64,000 nt of DNA from assembly GCA_051251855.1 (NCBI GenBank), contig JBPOGI010000002.1, positions 320,001 through 384,000 on the forward strand, in the 5' to 3' direction. Both the position numbers and the translations under genes were made by a program. Under the pieces are notes generated by a model that saw only the letters and a program-made list of their open reading frames with translations, was not told the DNA's origin and ran no database searches. Within the stretch, counting starts at the first letter, position 1. Every line of letters begins with the position of its first letter. Below are positions 7,681-17,648 of this stretch, piece by piece. This stretch comes from Roseibacillus sp. (GTDB lineage Bacteria > Verrucomicrobiota > Verrucomicrobiia > Verrucomicrobiales > Akkermansiaceae).

Positions 7681-9918
7681 TTAGAAGGTTCCGTTCAGCT
7701 TGCGGCCGGTCCAGAACAGACCGAGAAGAATGATGAGGAAGATGGCAACGAAAGGATGCGCCCAGAGGCGGAGGGGGATGACTTGAGGGCGAGGGGTGGG
7801 CAAGAGTTGAAGGTCTTTGAGGAGGCCTGGAAGGTCGGCAGTGGTGGCAACATTGCCGCGAGAGATGGAGGAGAGTTCGGAGAGGACATCGATTTTGGCG
7901 GGTTGGCCGATTTTTTCGAGTTGTTCGTCTTGGGCGAGAATGACGGTGCTGAGTTGTGGGGTGTCGCGGCTTTCTCCGGGGAGAAAGGCGTCAATGGTCC
8001 ATTCGCCGGGCTGGGTAACGGTGAAGCGAGTGCTAAAGGTGCCCCAAGTGTTGTCAGCTTGCTCGGCTTTGAGCTCAATGCGGGTGGTCTTTCCCGAGGG
8101 TTGGGTCAGTTCGAGAGGAATGGGGCCTTCTTTGAGGGGAGCGCCGTTGGCATCGAAGACGTTGGCGGTGAGAGTGACTTTATCGCCGGGTTTGGGACGC
8201 TCGGGCGAGAAGTAGAGGCGGATGCGTTGGTCGGTAGCGATGTTGCGCTGATAGGACATCCAGCGGGCGACTTGGCCCCAGAAGCGATAGTGATAGAGGT
8301 CTTCTACGCCGCGACGCCAGCGCCAGGCAGAGTCGTGGCCTAGGAAGAGAACCTTGCCGCTGCCGACGCGATTGGTGACGAGGAGGGGGATACGTCCATA
8401 GTCGTTGCGGCGGTTGGAGTGGACGGCGAGGACTTCGGTTCCAGACTTGGCGCGGACGACGGGGGCGTGCCAGAAAAAGCCGGGGAGGGAGGACCAGACG
8501 GAGGGGTTCTGGTCTTCGCTATCGGCGAGCATGGTGAGGAGTGAGGAGCGGCCTTCGGAGGTGAGTTCGAGGGGAGCAGCGGATGCTTCGGCGAATCCGT
8601 TGGGCTGCTTGTCGTCTAACAGAACAGGAAGAAGGTCGCCGAGGGGGGATTCGATGAGGCTTTGCCAGTTGCCTTGGCTTCCGGGAATAAAGACGAGTCC
8701 GGATGCGAGGTTCTCGACGAGGCCTTTGAGTAAATCGGCTTGTTCAATAGTGAGCTGGCCTTCGCCAATGCCGATGTCTCCAAGAAAGATGACGTCGTAT
8801 TTTTGAAGGTCTTCCGGCTTTTCTGGGAACTCTTTGATGTAGTCGGGTCCGTCGCCGGCACCGAGTTTGGGGTGGAGGAGGAGACAATCGACTTTAACGC
8901 CGGGGTCCCGGGAAAGGGCGTTGCGGATGAAGCGATACTCCCAGCGGGGAAGGGTTTCGATGACGAGGACACGAATGTCTTCAGGTTTTCCTGAGAGGGT
9001 GAAGCTGCGGCTGTTGTTGTCGGGGAGGAGTTCACCATTAGCGGGAGGAAGGGTGAGGGTGAGGGTGTTGGAGCCTTCCTTTTGTAAGCGGTAGAGGATG
9101 GATTCGTAAACAGTGCTGCGGGCTGGGATGGTGAGGTCTTTGGAAATCTCATTCCCGCTGGAGTCGCGCAGGCGAACGATGGTGCGCAGGTCGCGGTCGA
9201 GGGAGGAGCGGACAGTGAAGGGGATTTGTACATTCTCGCCCACGATGCCGTAGGTGGGAGCGGAGACGGCGACGAGTTCTAGGTCAGGGAGGCGGGTCTC
9301 GGAGCCAATGGGGACGGTGAAGATGGGGACGTCGCGGAGGCGATACTTTTGGGCAGCAGTGACGGGGGGCTTGCCTTGGTTCCAATCGCCATCGCTGAGG
9401 AGGACGACGGAGCGGAGATTGGGGCGGTTTTCAAGAAGATTGGAAAGCGCTGCTTCTAGGTTAGTTCCGGTTTGAATACCGGGCTCGGGGTTTTCGGGCG
9501 GGGAGCCAAAAGTCTCGATGTTGACAGTGGTTTTTCCGTCTTCGAGGAGGGGGAGATAGAATTCAGACTCAAGAACACTTTGAGCCAGAATGGAGCGGGG
9601 AGTGATTTCAGGACGTGCGCTTTCGGGATCTGATTTGGCGTCCACGGTCATCATTGAGCCGGAGGTGTCGGCGAGGATGACGATTTCGGGTTCCTCGGTG
9701 GGATTTAGAACGCGGTGATACTCAGGCTGAAGGAGGAGAAGAACGACAAGTGCGGCAATGAGAAAGCGGAGAAGCTCCAAAAGACCAGTTCTTACAGGGC
9801 GAGCAGCGCGTCGGAAAGCGGTGAAGCAGTAGAAGCCGATGGCGGCTAGAAAGAGGAGACCCAGCCAGACAAAGATGCTGGGAGCCGCGAAATGGAGTTG
9901 GTTGATTTGAAATTGCAC
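7681..9918 (-). CDS. Membrane protein with vWA and glutamine-amidotransferase-like domain
   Basis: N-terminal TM, MIDAS DTSGSM and LSDG, PRWEYRF, WRWR...YRFWGQ, C-terminal TM; common PVC family. Confidence 0.85.
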   Translation of the reverse strand: MQFQINQLHFAAPSIFVWLGLLFLAAIGFYCFTAFRRAARPVRTGLLELLRFLIAALVVLLLLQPEYHRVLNPTEEPEIVILADTSGSMMTVDAKSDPESARPEITPRSILAQSVLESEFYLPLLEDGKTTVNIETFGSPPENPEPGIQTGTNLEAALSNLLENRPNLRSVVLLSDGDWNQGKPPVTAAQKYRLRDVPIFTVPIGSETRLPDLELVAVSAPTYGIVGENVQIPFTVRSSLDRDLRTIVRLRDSSGNEISKDLTIPARSTVYESILYRLQKEGSNTLTLTLPPANGELLPDNNSRSFTLSGKPEDIRVLVIETLPRWEYRFIRNALSRDPGVKVDCLLLHPKLGAGDGPDYIKEFPEKPEDLQKYDVIFLGDIGIGEGQLTIEQADLLKGLVENLASGLVFIPGSQGNWQSLIESPLGDLLPVLLDDKQPNGFAEASAAPLELTSEGRSSLLTMLADSEDQNPSVWSSLPGFFWHAPVVRAKSGTEVLAVHSNRRNDYGRIPLLVTNRVGSGKVLFLGHDSAWRWRRGVEDLYHYRFWGQVARWMSYQRNIATDQRIRLYFSPERPKPGDKVTLTANVFDANGAPLKEGPIPLELTQPSGKTTRIELKAEQADNTWGTFSTRFTVTQPGEWTIDAFLPGESRDTPQLSTVILAQDEQLEKIGQPAKIDVLSELSSISRGNVATTADLPGLLKDLQLLPTPRPQVIPLRLWAHPFVAIFLIILLGLFWTGRKLNGTF

Positions 9919-10026
9919 CAGAAAGGGTCCACAGAGCTTCTCCGCGATTCGTATTTAGTCAACGATTCGATGCGGCTAGCTCAGGTGCTCCTTCAGGCTT
10001 TAGCTCAAAAACTATTGATTGTTTGC

Positions 10027-10046
10027 CGTCAGGTTGAAACCTGACG
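10027..10046. repeat. Palindrome CGTCAGGTT-GA-AACCTGACG (REP-like or terminator)
   Basis: Perfect 9-bp inverted repeat just downstream of the comM stop. Confidence 0.5.
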
Positions 10047-10057
10047 CTCAATATTGG

Positions 10058-11593
10058 TTAAAAGGCGAGGCGGCGGTCGAGGGAGCGGTATTGGATGGCT
10101 TCCATGATTTGGGCGGAGCCGATGTTTTCTTCGCCGGCGAGGTCGGCGAGGGTGCGGGCGACTTTGAGGATGCGGTCGTGGGCGCGGGCGGAGAAGTTGA
10201 GGGTTTCCATGGCTTGCTCAAGGAGGTTGGAGGAGTCTTTGTCGAGTTGGCAGTGGGCGCGGACTTGGCGAGAGGGCATGGCGGCGTTGGTGAGGAGGCC
10301 GGTGGTGCCTTTGAGGCGTTCGGCTTGGACGGCGCGTGCGGTGATGACGCGTTCGCGGATTTTTTCGGATTTTTCGCCGCTGGCGGTGCTGGCGAGTTCT
10401 TTGTATTCGACGAGGGGGACTTCGACATGGAGGTCGATGCGATCGAGGAGGGGGCCGGAGATGCGTTGGCGGTAGTTTTCGACTTGGCGCGGATTGCAAC
10501 GGCAGTCGCGTTTGGTGTCGCCGAAGAAGCCGCAGGGGCAGGGATTGAGGGCGGCGACGAGGACGCATTTGGCAGGGAAGGAAAGGGAGCCAGCGGCGCG
10601 GGTGATAGTGACTTCACCGTCTTCGAGGGGTTGGCGGAGGACTTCGAGGGTGGAGCGGCGGAATTCGGGGAGTTCGTCAAGGAAGAGGACTCCGTTGTTA
10701 GAAAGGGAGATTTCGCCGGGGCCGGGGTTGGAGCCGCCGCCGAGGAGTCCGGCGTCGGAGATGGTGTGGTGGGGAGAGCGAAAGGGTCGGGTGACGAGGA
10801 AGGATTTTTTAGGGTCGAGGAGGCCGGCGATGGAGTGGATCTTGGTGGTCTCGATGGCTTCGTCTTCGCTCATGTCGGGCATGATGGTGGGAAGGCGTTT
10901 GGCGAGCATGGACTTGCCGGTTCCGGGAGGCCCTACCATCAAGATGTTGTGGCCGCCGGCGACGGCGACTTCGAGGGCGCGCTTGACGTGGGCTTGGCCT
11001 TTGACGTCTTCGAAGTCGACTTCGTAGCTGCGTTGGGAGCTAAAGAATTTTTGACGATCGAGTTGGAAGGGGGCGATGGGGCGTTCGCCGGTGAGGTAGT
11101 GATAGGCTTGGTTGAGGTTGGTGATGGGGATGACTTCGATGCCTTCAGTGATGGCGGCTTCGGGGGCGTTCTGGGCGGGGACGAGGATTTTCTTGCGGCC
11201 GCGGTTCTTGGCTTCGATGGCGATGGAGAGGACGCCTTTGACGGGGCGGACGGTTCCGTCGAGGGAGAGTTCGCCCACGATGGCGAAGTCGTCTTCGTTG
11301 GGAAAGGCGGTTTCCATGCCGTTGGCCGCGATGGCGAGGGCGATAGGAAGGTCGAAGGAGGGGCCTTCTTTTTTGAGGTCGGCGGGGGCGAGATTGACGA
11401 CATTGACGACGCAGTCGCGAAAGCCGGAGGAGGTGATGGCAGAACCGACGCGCATGGCGGACTCGCGAACGGCGGCGTCGGGGAGGCCGACGACGATGGT
11501 TCCGGGCTTTTCGCCGTCGCGGCCGTGGACTTCGACTTCCACTTCGACGGCGTCCACCCCGCGTAGGGCGGCTGAGAACAATCTCGTTATCAT
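10058..11593 (-). CDS. comM: YifB/ComM family Mg-chelatase-like AAA+ ATPase
   Basis: VGLPD, NLAPADLKKEG, Walker A GPPGTGKS, FLDELPEF, NPCPCG, ARTLADL. Confidence 0.95.
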   Translation of the reverse strand: MITRLFSAALRGVDAVEVEVEVHGRDGEKPGTIVVGLPDAAVRESAMRVGSAITSSGFRDCVVNVVNLAPADLKKEGPSFDLPIALAIAANGMETAFPNEDDFAIVGELSLDGTVRPVKGVLSIAIEAKNRGRKKILVPAQNAPEAAITEGIEVIPITNLNQAYHYLTGERPIAPFQLDRQKFFSSQRSYEVDFEDVKGQAHVKRALEVAVAGGHNILMVGPPGTGKSMLAKRLPTIMPDMSEDEAIETTKIHSIAGLLDPKKSFLVTRPFRSPHHTISDAGLLGGGSNPGPGEISLSNNGVLFLDELPEFRRSTLEVLRQPLEDGEVTITRAAGSLSFPAKCVLVAALNPCPCGFFGDTKRDCRCNPRQVENYRQRISGPLLDRIDLHVEVPLVEYKELASTASGEKSEKIRERVITARAVQAERLKGTTGLLTNAAMPSRQVRAHCQLDKDSSNLLEQAMETLNFSARAHDRILKVARTLADLAGEENIGSAQIMEAIQYRSLDRRLAF

Positions 11594-11706
11594 CTGGGGA
11601 GGCTAGCGAGGGGGAGTTCGGGTGAAAAGTGTTTTTTTGAACACCTCTCATAAGCCTAGTATATTAAGGGTGCAACTTTGGCGCTGGCTTGGGTGTATGG
11701 TTCGGC

Positions 11707-12984
11707 ATGAAGCGATTTTCGGTGCTCGTTCTTTTAGTGAGCCTTTCTACTCAGTTGCTCTCCGCTTGGGAGGCGGCCACGAAGGAGGATGAGGGCATTT
11801 TTCCCAACCCTGAACGGGGTTTTTATTTTTTCCAAGACTTGGCCCTTTCTCCGGGGGACTGGAATGCGGTTCGCAAAGAGAAGGGGATCTCTTTGATCGG
11901 AGGGAAGGTGGTGTTGGAGAAGTTCCGTGAGGTGGCTGTGCTGCCGGATTCGTTTGTGGAGAAGGTGGAAGCTGGTTTTAAGAAGGCGCGACAATCGGGA
12001 ATGAAGGTGGTGGTGCGGGTGAATTACGGTCACAAGGGGCCGGGGGGGGATTATAAGACTTATGAAGATCCGGCGAAGGAGATTATCTTGGGGCATATCG
12101 AGCAGTTGGCTCCGGTTTGGGAAAAGAACGCGGATGTGATCGCGTTGTTCGAGGCGGGATTCGTGGGGCCGTGGGGGGAGTGGCATTCGACGACGATTGC
12201 CAACGAGCCAGAACTGCAGCGGGAGGTTTATCTGAAGATTGTGGGGAATACTCCCAAGAATCGGATGGTGCTGTTGCGTTACCCTGAGCTGAAGCGGAGC
12301 ATTTTTGAGAAGCGTGAGGCGTTGACGGAGAAGGACGCTTATCAGACGAGTGATTGGGCGCGGACGGGACATCACAATGATTGTTTTTTGTCTTCGGAAA
12401 ATGATGTCGGAACTTATGGCCGCGGGGATGATGACCGTGAGGGGGAGGTCGATTATTTGGCGCAAGAGACGCGCTTTACTGCCTATGGTGGCGAGACTTG
12501 TGCGGTGCATGACTTTAATGATGCCGCGCGAACGTTGGTGGAGTTGGACTTGCTGAATGCGAGCTATCTGAATTGGAGTTATCATCCCAAGGTCTTGGAG
12601 AAGTGGCAGGCGCAGGGTTGTTACGAGGAGGTGGCGAGGTTGTTAGGTGCTCGGTTTGTTCTTTGTGATTTTGATGGGGAAAAGGTGCAGCTTGAGAATG
12701 TGGGGTTTGCTTCTCTTTACAATGAGAGGAAGGCTTATTGGGTTTTGGAGAAGGAGGGAGAGATTGTGGAACGGATTCAAATTGCGGCTGATCCGCGGAG
12801 GTGGAAATCGGGAGTGAAAACCGAGTTAGAGTTGCCTGCGGAGCTGGAGGGAGTGAGTCGAGTGGGGCTTTGGATGCCGGACTTGGCGGAGAGTCTGCGG
12901 GAGGATTCGCGGTATGCGATCCGGTTCGCGAATGAGGGGTGTTGGGATGAGAAGAGTGGAGTGAATTGGATTTTGAGCCGGTAG
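11707..12984 (+). CDS. DUF4874/DUF4832 secreted protein (glycoside-hydrolase-like)
   Basis: Signal peptide; NPERGF, AGFVGPWGEWH, GHHNDCFL, GGET motifs. Confidence 0.8.
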   Translation: MKRFSVLVLLVSLSTQLLSAWEAATKEDEGIFPNPERGFYFFQDLALSPGDWNAVRKEKGISLIGGKVVLEKFREVAVLPDSFVEKVEAGFKKARQSGMKVVVRVNYGHKGPGGDYKTYEDPAKEIILGHIEQLAPVWEKNADVIALFEAGFVGPWGEWHSTTIANEPELQREVYLKIVGNTPKNRMVLLRYPELKRSIFEKREALTEKDAYQTSDWARTGHHNDCFLSSENDVGTYGRGDDDREGEVDYLAQETRFTAYGGETCAVHDFNDAARTLVELDLLNASYLNWSYHPKVLEKWQAQGCYEEVARLLGARFVLCDFDGEKVQLENVGFASLYNERKAYWVLEKEGEIVERIQIAADPRRWKSGVKTELELPAELEGVSRVGLWMPDLAESLREDSRYAIRFANEGCWDEKSGVNWILSR

Positions 12985-13032
12985 GCAGAATTTTTTTGAA
13001 TGGGTGAGGTGTTTGAGTGGTCTAAGGAGACT

Positions 13033-13446
13033 ATGACAACTCTTGCGCGTATTGCTTTGATGGCTTCGTTTGTTTCGGCGATTGGTTTTTCAGGGCTGAT
13101 GGCTTCAGAAGTTTCGACAGCCCCGCAGGTGCGCCCGGCGACGCCGTCGAAGGATTTGGTGATTCGCTTGTTGAGTGAGAGGGACGAGCGTTTTGCGAAG
13201 GATTATGAGGTGGCCTTGATTTTACCTGGGGAGACGGAGTTCCAAGGGATGACGGTTGCGAATGCGGCAAGGGTGACTTTTTTTGGCCCAGCTACGAAGA
13301 AGGGGCAGAAGAAGCGGACTCTTTCCAAGGAGCTTTTCTTGTGGAACGAGGAAAATGGGTGGTTTTTATGCGAGATCGGAGAGCGTTTGGGGCGGACGAC
13401 CGTGTTCATTTGGAGCGAGCTGCGGGGCGAAGTCGAAATCGACTAG
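13033..13446 (+). CDS. Hypothetical secreted protein
   Basis: Signal-like N-terminus, same strand as neighbours; start could be 13000. Confidence 0.65.
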   Translation: MTTLARIALMASFVSAIGFSGLMASEVSTAPQVRPATPSKDLVIRLLSERDERFAKDYEVALILPGETEFQGMTVANAARVTFFGPATKKGQKKRTLSKELFLWNEENGWFLCEIGERLGRTTVFIWSELRGEVEID

Positions 13447-13520
13447 AATTTGACTCAAAAGGGCCTCATTTCGTTGCATTTTGGGTTTTGCGTTTCGCGT
13501 AGCCGTGGCATCTTGCGCCC

Positions 13521-14720
13521 ATGACTCCCGCAGAATTGCAAGCGACTCCTGACTCCTCTGGCCACTACGGCGACTTTGGTGGAATGTTTGTGCCTGAGAC
13601 CTTGATGGCTCCTTTGCAGGAACTCTCGGAGGAATACGAGAGGGCAAAGAAGGATCCGGCATTTCAGGCGGAGCTGGATGGGTTGTTGGCTGACTTCTGT
13701 GGGCGCAAGACACCTCTCTATTATGCGGAGCGTTTGACGGAGAAGCTTGGGGGGGCGAAAATCTATCTCAAGCGCGAAGACCTTCTTCATACGGGTGCGC
13801 ACAAGATTAACAATGCTCTCGGGCAGGTCTTGATTGCAAAGCGCTTGGGCAAGACGCGCATTATTGCGGAGACGGGCGCAGGTCAGCACGGGGTGGCGAC
13901 GGCGACGGTGTGTGCGCGGTTCGGGTTGGAGTGCGTGGTCTACATGGGCGCGGTGGATATGGAGCGGCAGGCGCTCAATGTGGCGCGGATGCGTCTGATG
14001 GGTGCGGAAGTGCGTGGAGTGGAAGCGGGACAACGGACTTTGAAAGAGGCTGTCAATGAGGCGATGCGCGACTGGGTAGCGACGGTTGATCATACTCACT
14101 ACATTATTGGTTCAGCGCTTGGTTCACATCCGTTCCCGATGATGGTGCGTGATTTTCACCGCGTGATTGGGGTGGAGGCTCGCGAGCAGATTTTGGAGAA
14201 AGAAGGGCGTTTGCCTGATATCTTGGTGGCTTGCGTGGGTGGAGGTTCGAATGCCATTGGGTTGTTCCATCCCTTCTTGGATGCGGAGGATGTGCGTATG
14301 GTGGGCGTGGAAGCGGGAGGCGATGGTATCATTCCAGAGCGCCACGCGGCTCGTTTTCAGGGAGGTAAGTTGGGAGTGCTGCAGGGGACCAAGACTTGGT
14401 TGTTGGCGAATGATGATGGTCAGATCGAGTTGACCCATTCGGTGAGCGCGGGCTTGGACTACGCCGCTGTTGGGCCAGAGCATGCCTTTTTAGAGCATGA
14501 AGGTCGGGTGGAGTATACCTACGCGACGGATGAGGAAGCTTTGGCTGCGTTCAAGGAATTGGCGCAGACGGAGGGAATTTTGCCGGCGTTGGAGACGAGT
14601 CACGCGATTGCGTATGGGATCAAGGTGGCGGGGAGTTTGCCGAAGAGCGATATTATGATCATCAATTGTTCGGGCCGAGGAGATAAGGATGTCGAGACGG
14701 CGGCGAAGCATTTGTTGTAG
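13521..14720 (+). CDS. trpB: Tryptophan synthase beta chain
   Basis: [36 protein letters not shown]. Confidence 0.98.
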   Translation: MTPAELQATPDSSGHYGDFGGMFVPETLMAPLQELSEEYERAKKDPAFQAELDGLLADFCGRKTPLYYAERLTEKLGGAKIYLKREDLLHTGAHKINNALGQVLIAKRLGKTRIIAETGAGQHGVATATVCARFGLECVVYMGAVDMERQALNVARMRLMGAEVRGVEAGQRTLKEAVNEAMRDWVATVDHTHYIIGSALGSHPFPMMVRDFHRVIGVEAREQILEKEGRLPDILVACVGGGSNAIGLFHPFLDAEDVRMVGVEAGGDGIIPERHAARFQGGKLGVLQGTKTWLLANDDGQIELTHSVSAGLDYAAVGPEHAFLEHEGRVEYTYATDEEALAAFKELAQTEGILPALETSHAIAYGIKVAGSLPKSDIMIINCSGRGDKDVETAAKHLL

Positions 14721-14742
14721 TGGGTAAGTCTCTTGATGAGCA

Positions 14743-14843
14743 GGAGTGACGACTTGAGTCGTCATCTTCTGTCGTTTTTGGTCGATGATGGAGGACTGAA
14801 GTCGACCCGCCTATCCAAAGCGGCGCGCAGCGCAGCACTCCAA
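14743..14843. repeat. Degenerate GGAG-type REP-like palindromic cluster
   Basis: GGAG-TGACGACT-TG-AGTCGTCA hairpin, a degenerate inverted copy, and CCAAAGCGGCGCGCAGCGCAGCACTCCAA. Confidence 0.5.
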
Positions 14844-14849
14844 GAGACG

Positions 14850-14883
14850 AAAAAGCCGCACCTCGGAGAGATGCGGCTTTTTT
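14850..14883. terminator. Bidirectional intrinsic terminator trpB/ndk
   Basis: AAAAAGCCGCA-cctcggagaga-TGCGGCTTTTTT between convergent genes. Confidence 0.85.
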
Positions 14884-14903
14884 GAGAATGATAGGTCGAT
14901 GGG

Positions 14904-15338
14904 TTAGGCAAACACTTCGCCTTCGCCGAAGAAGCGCTTGATTTCGGCAGCGGCGGCTTCGGGGCTGTCGGAGGCGTGGCAAACGTTGCGCATCTTGGAG
15001 TCGCCGGATTTATCGCCAAAGTCACCACGGATGGTTCCAGCAGCTGCGACGGTGGAGTCAGTGGGTCCGATAAGGTCTCGGACCTTGTTGATGACGTCTT
15101 CGCCAGCGAGGGCGAGAGCGATGACAGGGGTCTCCTGCATAAAACCACGAACGTCAGGGAAGAAAGGCATCTCAGCGATGTGAGAGTAGTGCTCGGCGAG
15201 GATTTCGTCGGAAAGGGTCATCATCTTGATGCCTTTGATTTGAAAGCCAGCAGCTTCGTAACGAGCGAGGACGGTTCCGACGTTGCCTTTGGAGACTGCG
15301 TCGGGCTTGAAGAGGATGAGTGTGGTTTCTTGAGCCAT
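14904..15338 (-). CDS. ndk: Nucleoside diphosphate kinase
   Basis: KPDAV, GTIRGDF, RNVCHASDS with catalytic His. Confidence 0.97.
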   Translation of the reverse strand: MAQETTLILFKPDAVSKGNVGTVLARYEAAGFQIKGIKMMTLSDEILAEHYSHIAEMPFFPDVRGFMQETPVIALALAGEDVINKVRDLIGPTDSTVAAAGTIRGDFGDKSGDSKMRNVCHASDSPEAAAAEIKRFFGEGEVFA

Positions 15339-15394
15339 GTTGATGCGGGATTAGCGCGAAAGAGGGCCCTTGGCAAGACTGGGTTTGTCGCTGC

Positions 15395-16243
15395 TTAGAG
15401 CGGCTGAGCGTAGGTGGCGCATCGATTTTGCCAGCCAGCGTTCCAGCGGACGTCTTTGCCTCCGGAGTTGGCGACGCGGCGTGCCATCACTTTCTTGGCT
15501 GAGGCGGAGAATTCCGATGCGGCGGCTTGTCCCGTGGAAGAGCCTCGCATCTCTTGGAGAACTTGGAGTAAGCCCCAACCTTGGCCGTTGTATCGCTCAT
15601 TGGTGTTGATTCCTTCGCCCTTAAAATTGACGTAGTCGATGAGGGCGTATTGGCCGCTGGCGCTGGTGGCGGTGCGGTTGTAGTTGCCTTGCACTCGAGC
15701 GGCGTCGCTTCCGGCTGCTTGGAGGATTTTGGGGAGGGAGGCGCGGGATTTGGCGATGATGAAGTCGGTTTGGAGAGCGACGTTGTTGGCGAGCCAGTCA
15801 CGGAGGCCGGTCATGGCGCGGCCGTTGAATTCGCTTTTGAAGGCGATCTGGGTGGGCCAAGGAGCGCCGCGACTGAGGGCGATGGCGGGTGGATTGGCGC
15901 CTTGTTGGCGCGCGAAGGCAATGAATTGGGGGAAAGATTCGGTATAAGGACCGCTTTTTCCGGCAGGATACCAAATGAAGTGTCCGATTCCGAGAGAGGG
16001 GAAGGCTTCGCCGTCGTTCCAGGCGGTGAGGCCGTTGCGGGTGCCGCCGGACTCGTTTTGCCAGATTTTACGGCCGATGGTGGCCTTTTGGCTGGCGGTG
16101 AGGGTGCTGCGAGTGGTGGCGACTGCCATAGTGCGAGCAGGTTGAGCTGCGGCAGACCCTTGGTTGGCGCGGGGGCCGTCGGCTGGGGTGCAGGCGATGA
16201 GATTGACGATAATTACGGGAGAGAGGAGGAGAATGGCTTTCAT
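15395..16243 (-). CDS. Lipoprotein, possible lysozyme-like fold
   Basis: Lipobox LIAC; IWQNE...SLGIGHFIW; DYVNFKGEG; GWQNR. Confidence 0.75.
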   Translation of the reverse strand: MKAILLLSPVIIVNLIACTPADGPRANQGSAAAQPARTMAVATTRSTLTASQKATIGRKIWQNESGGTRNGLTAWNDGEAFPSLGIGHFIWYPAGKSGPYTESFPQFIAFARQQGANPPAIALSRGAPWPTQIAFKSEFNGRAMTGLRDWLANNVALQTDFIIAKSRASLPKILQAAGSDAARVQGNYNRTATSASGQYALIDYVNFKGEGINTNERYNGQGWGLLQVLQEMRGSSTGQAAASEFSASAKKVMARRVANSGGKDVRWNAGWQNRCATYAQPL

Positions 16244-16324
16244 CACTTGTGGGACAGCTCAATGAATTGAGCTGCAAGAGTCAAGACGGCTTGAGGACAG
16301 CGTTTATTCAGATAAGGTGGGCGA

Positions 16325-16723
16325 ATGAAAATCGATTGGAGTGCGCTTGGTCGTGAATTGATGACGTGGAGCTGGATGGATGGGGCTAAGTTGCTGCTGA
16401 GCGCTCTCATTATTGTATTAGTGACCAAGGTGCAGGTGGTGAATGACAAGATGTCGGCGCTGCTGATTGCCCTGCCGCTGACGTCTCTTTTGGCGATGAT
16501 GTGGATGAATAGCGAGAAGCAGGGGAATGAGCGCATTGCGAATCATGCCGAGGGAACGTTCTGGTTCGTCTTGCCGACTTTGCCGATGTTTTTGGTGCTG
16601 CCTTGGATGCTGCGTAAGGGTTGGGGTTTTGGTTGGTCGCTGGCGGCGAATTGTTTGCTGACCATCGTTTTGTTCTGGGTGATGGTATGGTTTTTGCGGA
16701 AGGTGGGAGTGAAGGTGATTTAA
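16325..16723 (+). CDS. DUF3147-like small membrane protein
   Basis: ALLIALPLTSLL, TFWFVLPTLPMFL, four TM segments. Confidence 0.8.
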   Translation: MKIDWSALGRELMTWSWMDGAKLLLSALIIVLVTKVQVVNDKMSALLIALPLTSLLAMMWMNSEKQGNERIANHAEGTFWFVLPTLPMFLVLPWMLRKGWGFGWSLAANCLLTIVLFWVMVWFLRKVGVKVI

Positions 16724-16794
16724 GGAGAGGGGGGCTTTGATTTGTCTTTTGTGCTTGAGGTGGAGGAGCGGTTCAACGAATTCTCTTTCTCAGA

Positions 16795-17187
16795 ATGGAT
16801 CTGGATTTTTTTGCAAAACTCCTCTTGTTTTTACTCGTTGTGGGAACAGGAGTGCTGCTGGCAGCGGCTTGGCGTGCTGATAGCGCGAATTCGACTTGGG
16901 CGACGAGGTGTCAGCTTTTTTCGGGTTTGGGTCTCTTTCTTTCGATAGGTCTTGGATTTCTGTTTATTGTTTTAGATGCGGACGCCGGAAATTCTGCTTC
17001 GAACGCTTGGGCGGTGGTGGTGGGGATTTCTGCTATCGTTTTTATCATCGGGGTTATCGGCTTTTGCGCTCGGTTTGGTGCCACCTGTCGACGAATCACC
17101 CAGCTGGAGGAAATTGAGAGTGCCTTGAGTACGGCGGTGGCTCATTCCGCTGCACAATCTCAAAGAGATGAGGGGCAGTCGTCATGA
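16795..17187 (+). CDS. Hypothetical 3-TM protein with C-terminal coiled coil
   Basis: Three hydrophobic helices; ATGA overlap with the next gene. Confidence 0.7.
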   Translation: MDLDFFAKLLLFLLVVGTGVLLAAAWRADSANSTWATRCQLFSGLGLFLSIGLGFLFIVLDADAGNSASNAWAVVVGISAIVFIIGVIGFCARFGATCRRITQLEEIESALSTAVAHSAAQSQRDEGQSS

Positions 17188-17612
17188 ATTCCGAGATGAT
17201 TTTTGCAGTGGTCCTGGTGCTTGGTCTCGTGGCCATTCCTATTGTCCCTCCGCTTTTAGTTCTCCGTGGACGGCGTTTTTGGGCTCCTTGGACGATGTTG
17301 GGGGCGGTGGTGCTCTTCGCGCTGACTTTGGTTTCTAATATTGGGGTGCAGTTCTATTTGGGGAAGAGAATGCGAGAGGTGACGGCAATCGGAGGAGCTG
17401 CGATCTATGAATCACCTGAGTGGGAGCGCATCCTTGAGCTGATGCAACTCGCTGCCGTCGTTTTCGGCGGGCTAGTGGTGTTGTCCTTGATCGTCTATGC
17501 GGCTGGGCTTCTCGGGGTGGCTTGCCGTTGGAAGGAGACTTCTCGGCGAGCGAGGGAGTTGGAGGCAAAGACGGCCGAACTGGCCCGCCTTCGTGAAACG
17601 GGATCACCCTAA
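17184..17612 (+). CDS. Hypothetical 3-TM protein with C-terminal coiled coil
   Basis: Three hydrophobic helices; architecture similar to the previous gene. Confidence 0.7.
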   Translation: MNSEMIFAVVLVLGLVAIPIVPPLLVLRGRRFWAPWTMLGAVVLFALTLVSNIGVQFYLGKRMREVTAIGGAAIYESPEWERILELMQLAAVVFGGLVVLSLIVYAAGLLGVACRWKETSRRARELEAKTAELARLRETGSP

Positions 17613-17648
17613 GGGTTGTGGAGGCTTTTGTTCTGACAAGAAAGTTGG

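Noticed and set aside
10019..11566. 515-aa plus-strand ORF
   Set aside because: Antisense shadow of comM caused by codon bias.
11643..11670. dif-like string ACCTCTCATAA-GCCTAG-TATATTAAGGG
   Set aside because: The right arm fits XerD TTATGTTAAAT poorly at 6-bp spacing, and by eye the plus strand stays G-rich on both sides.
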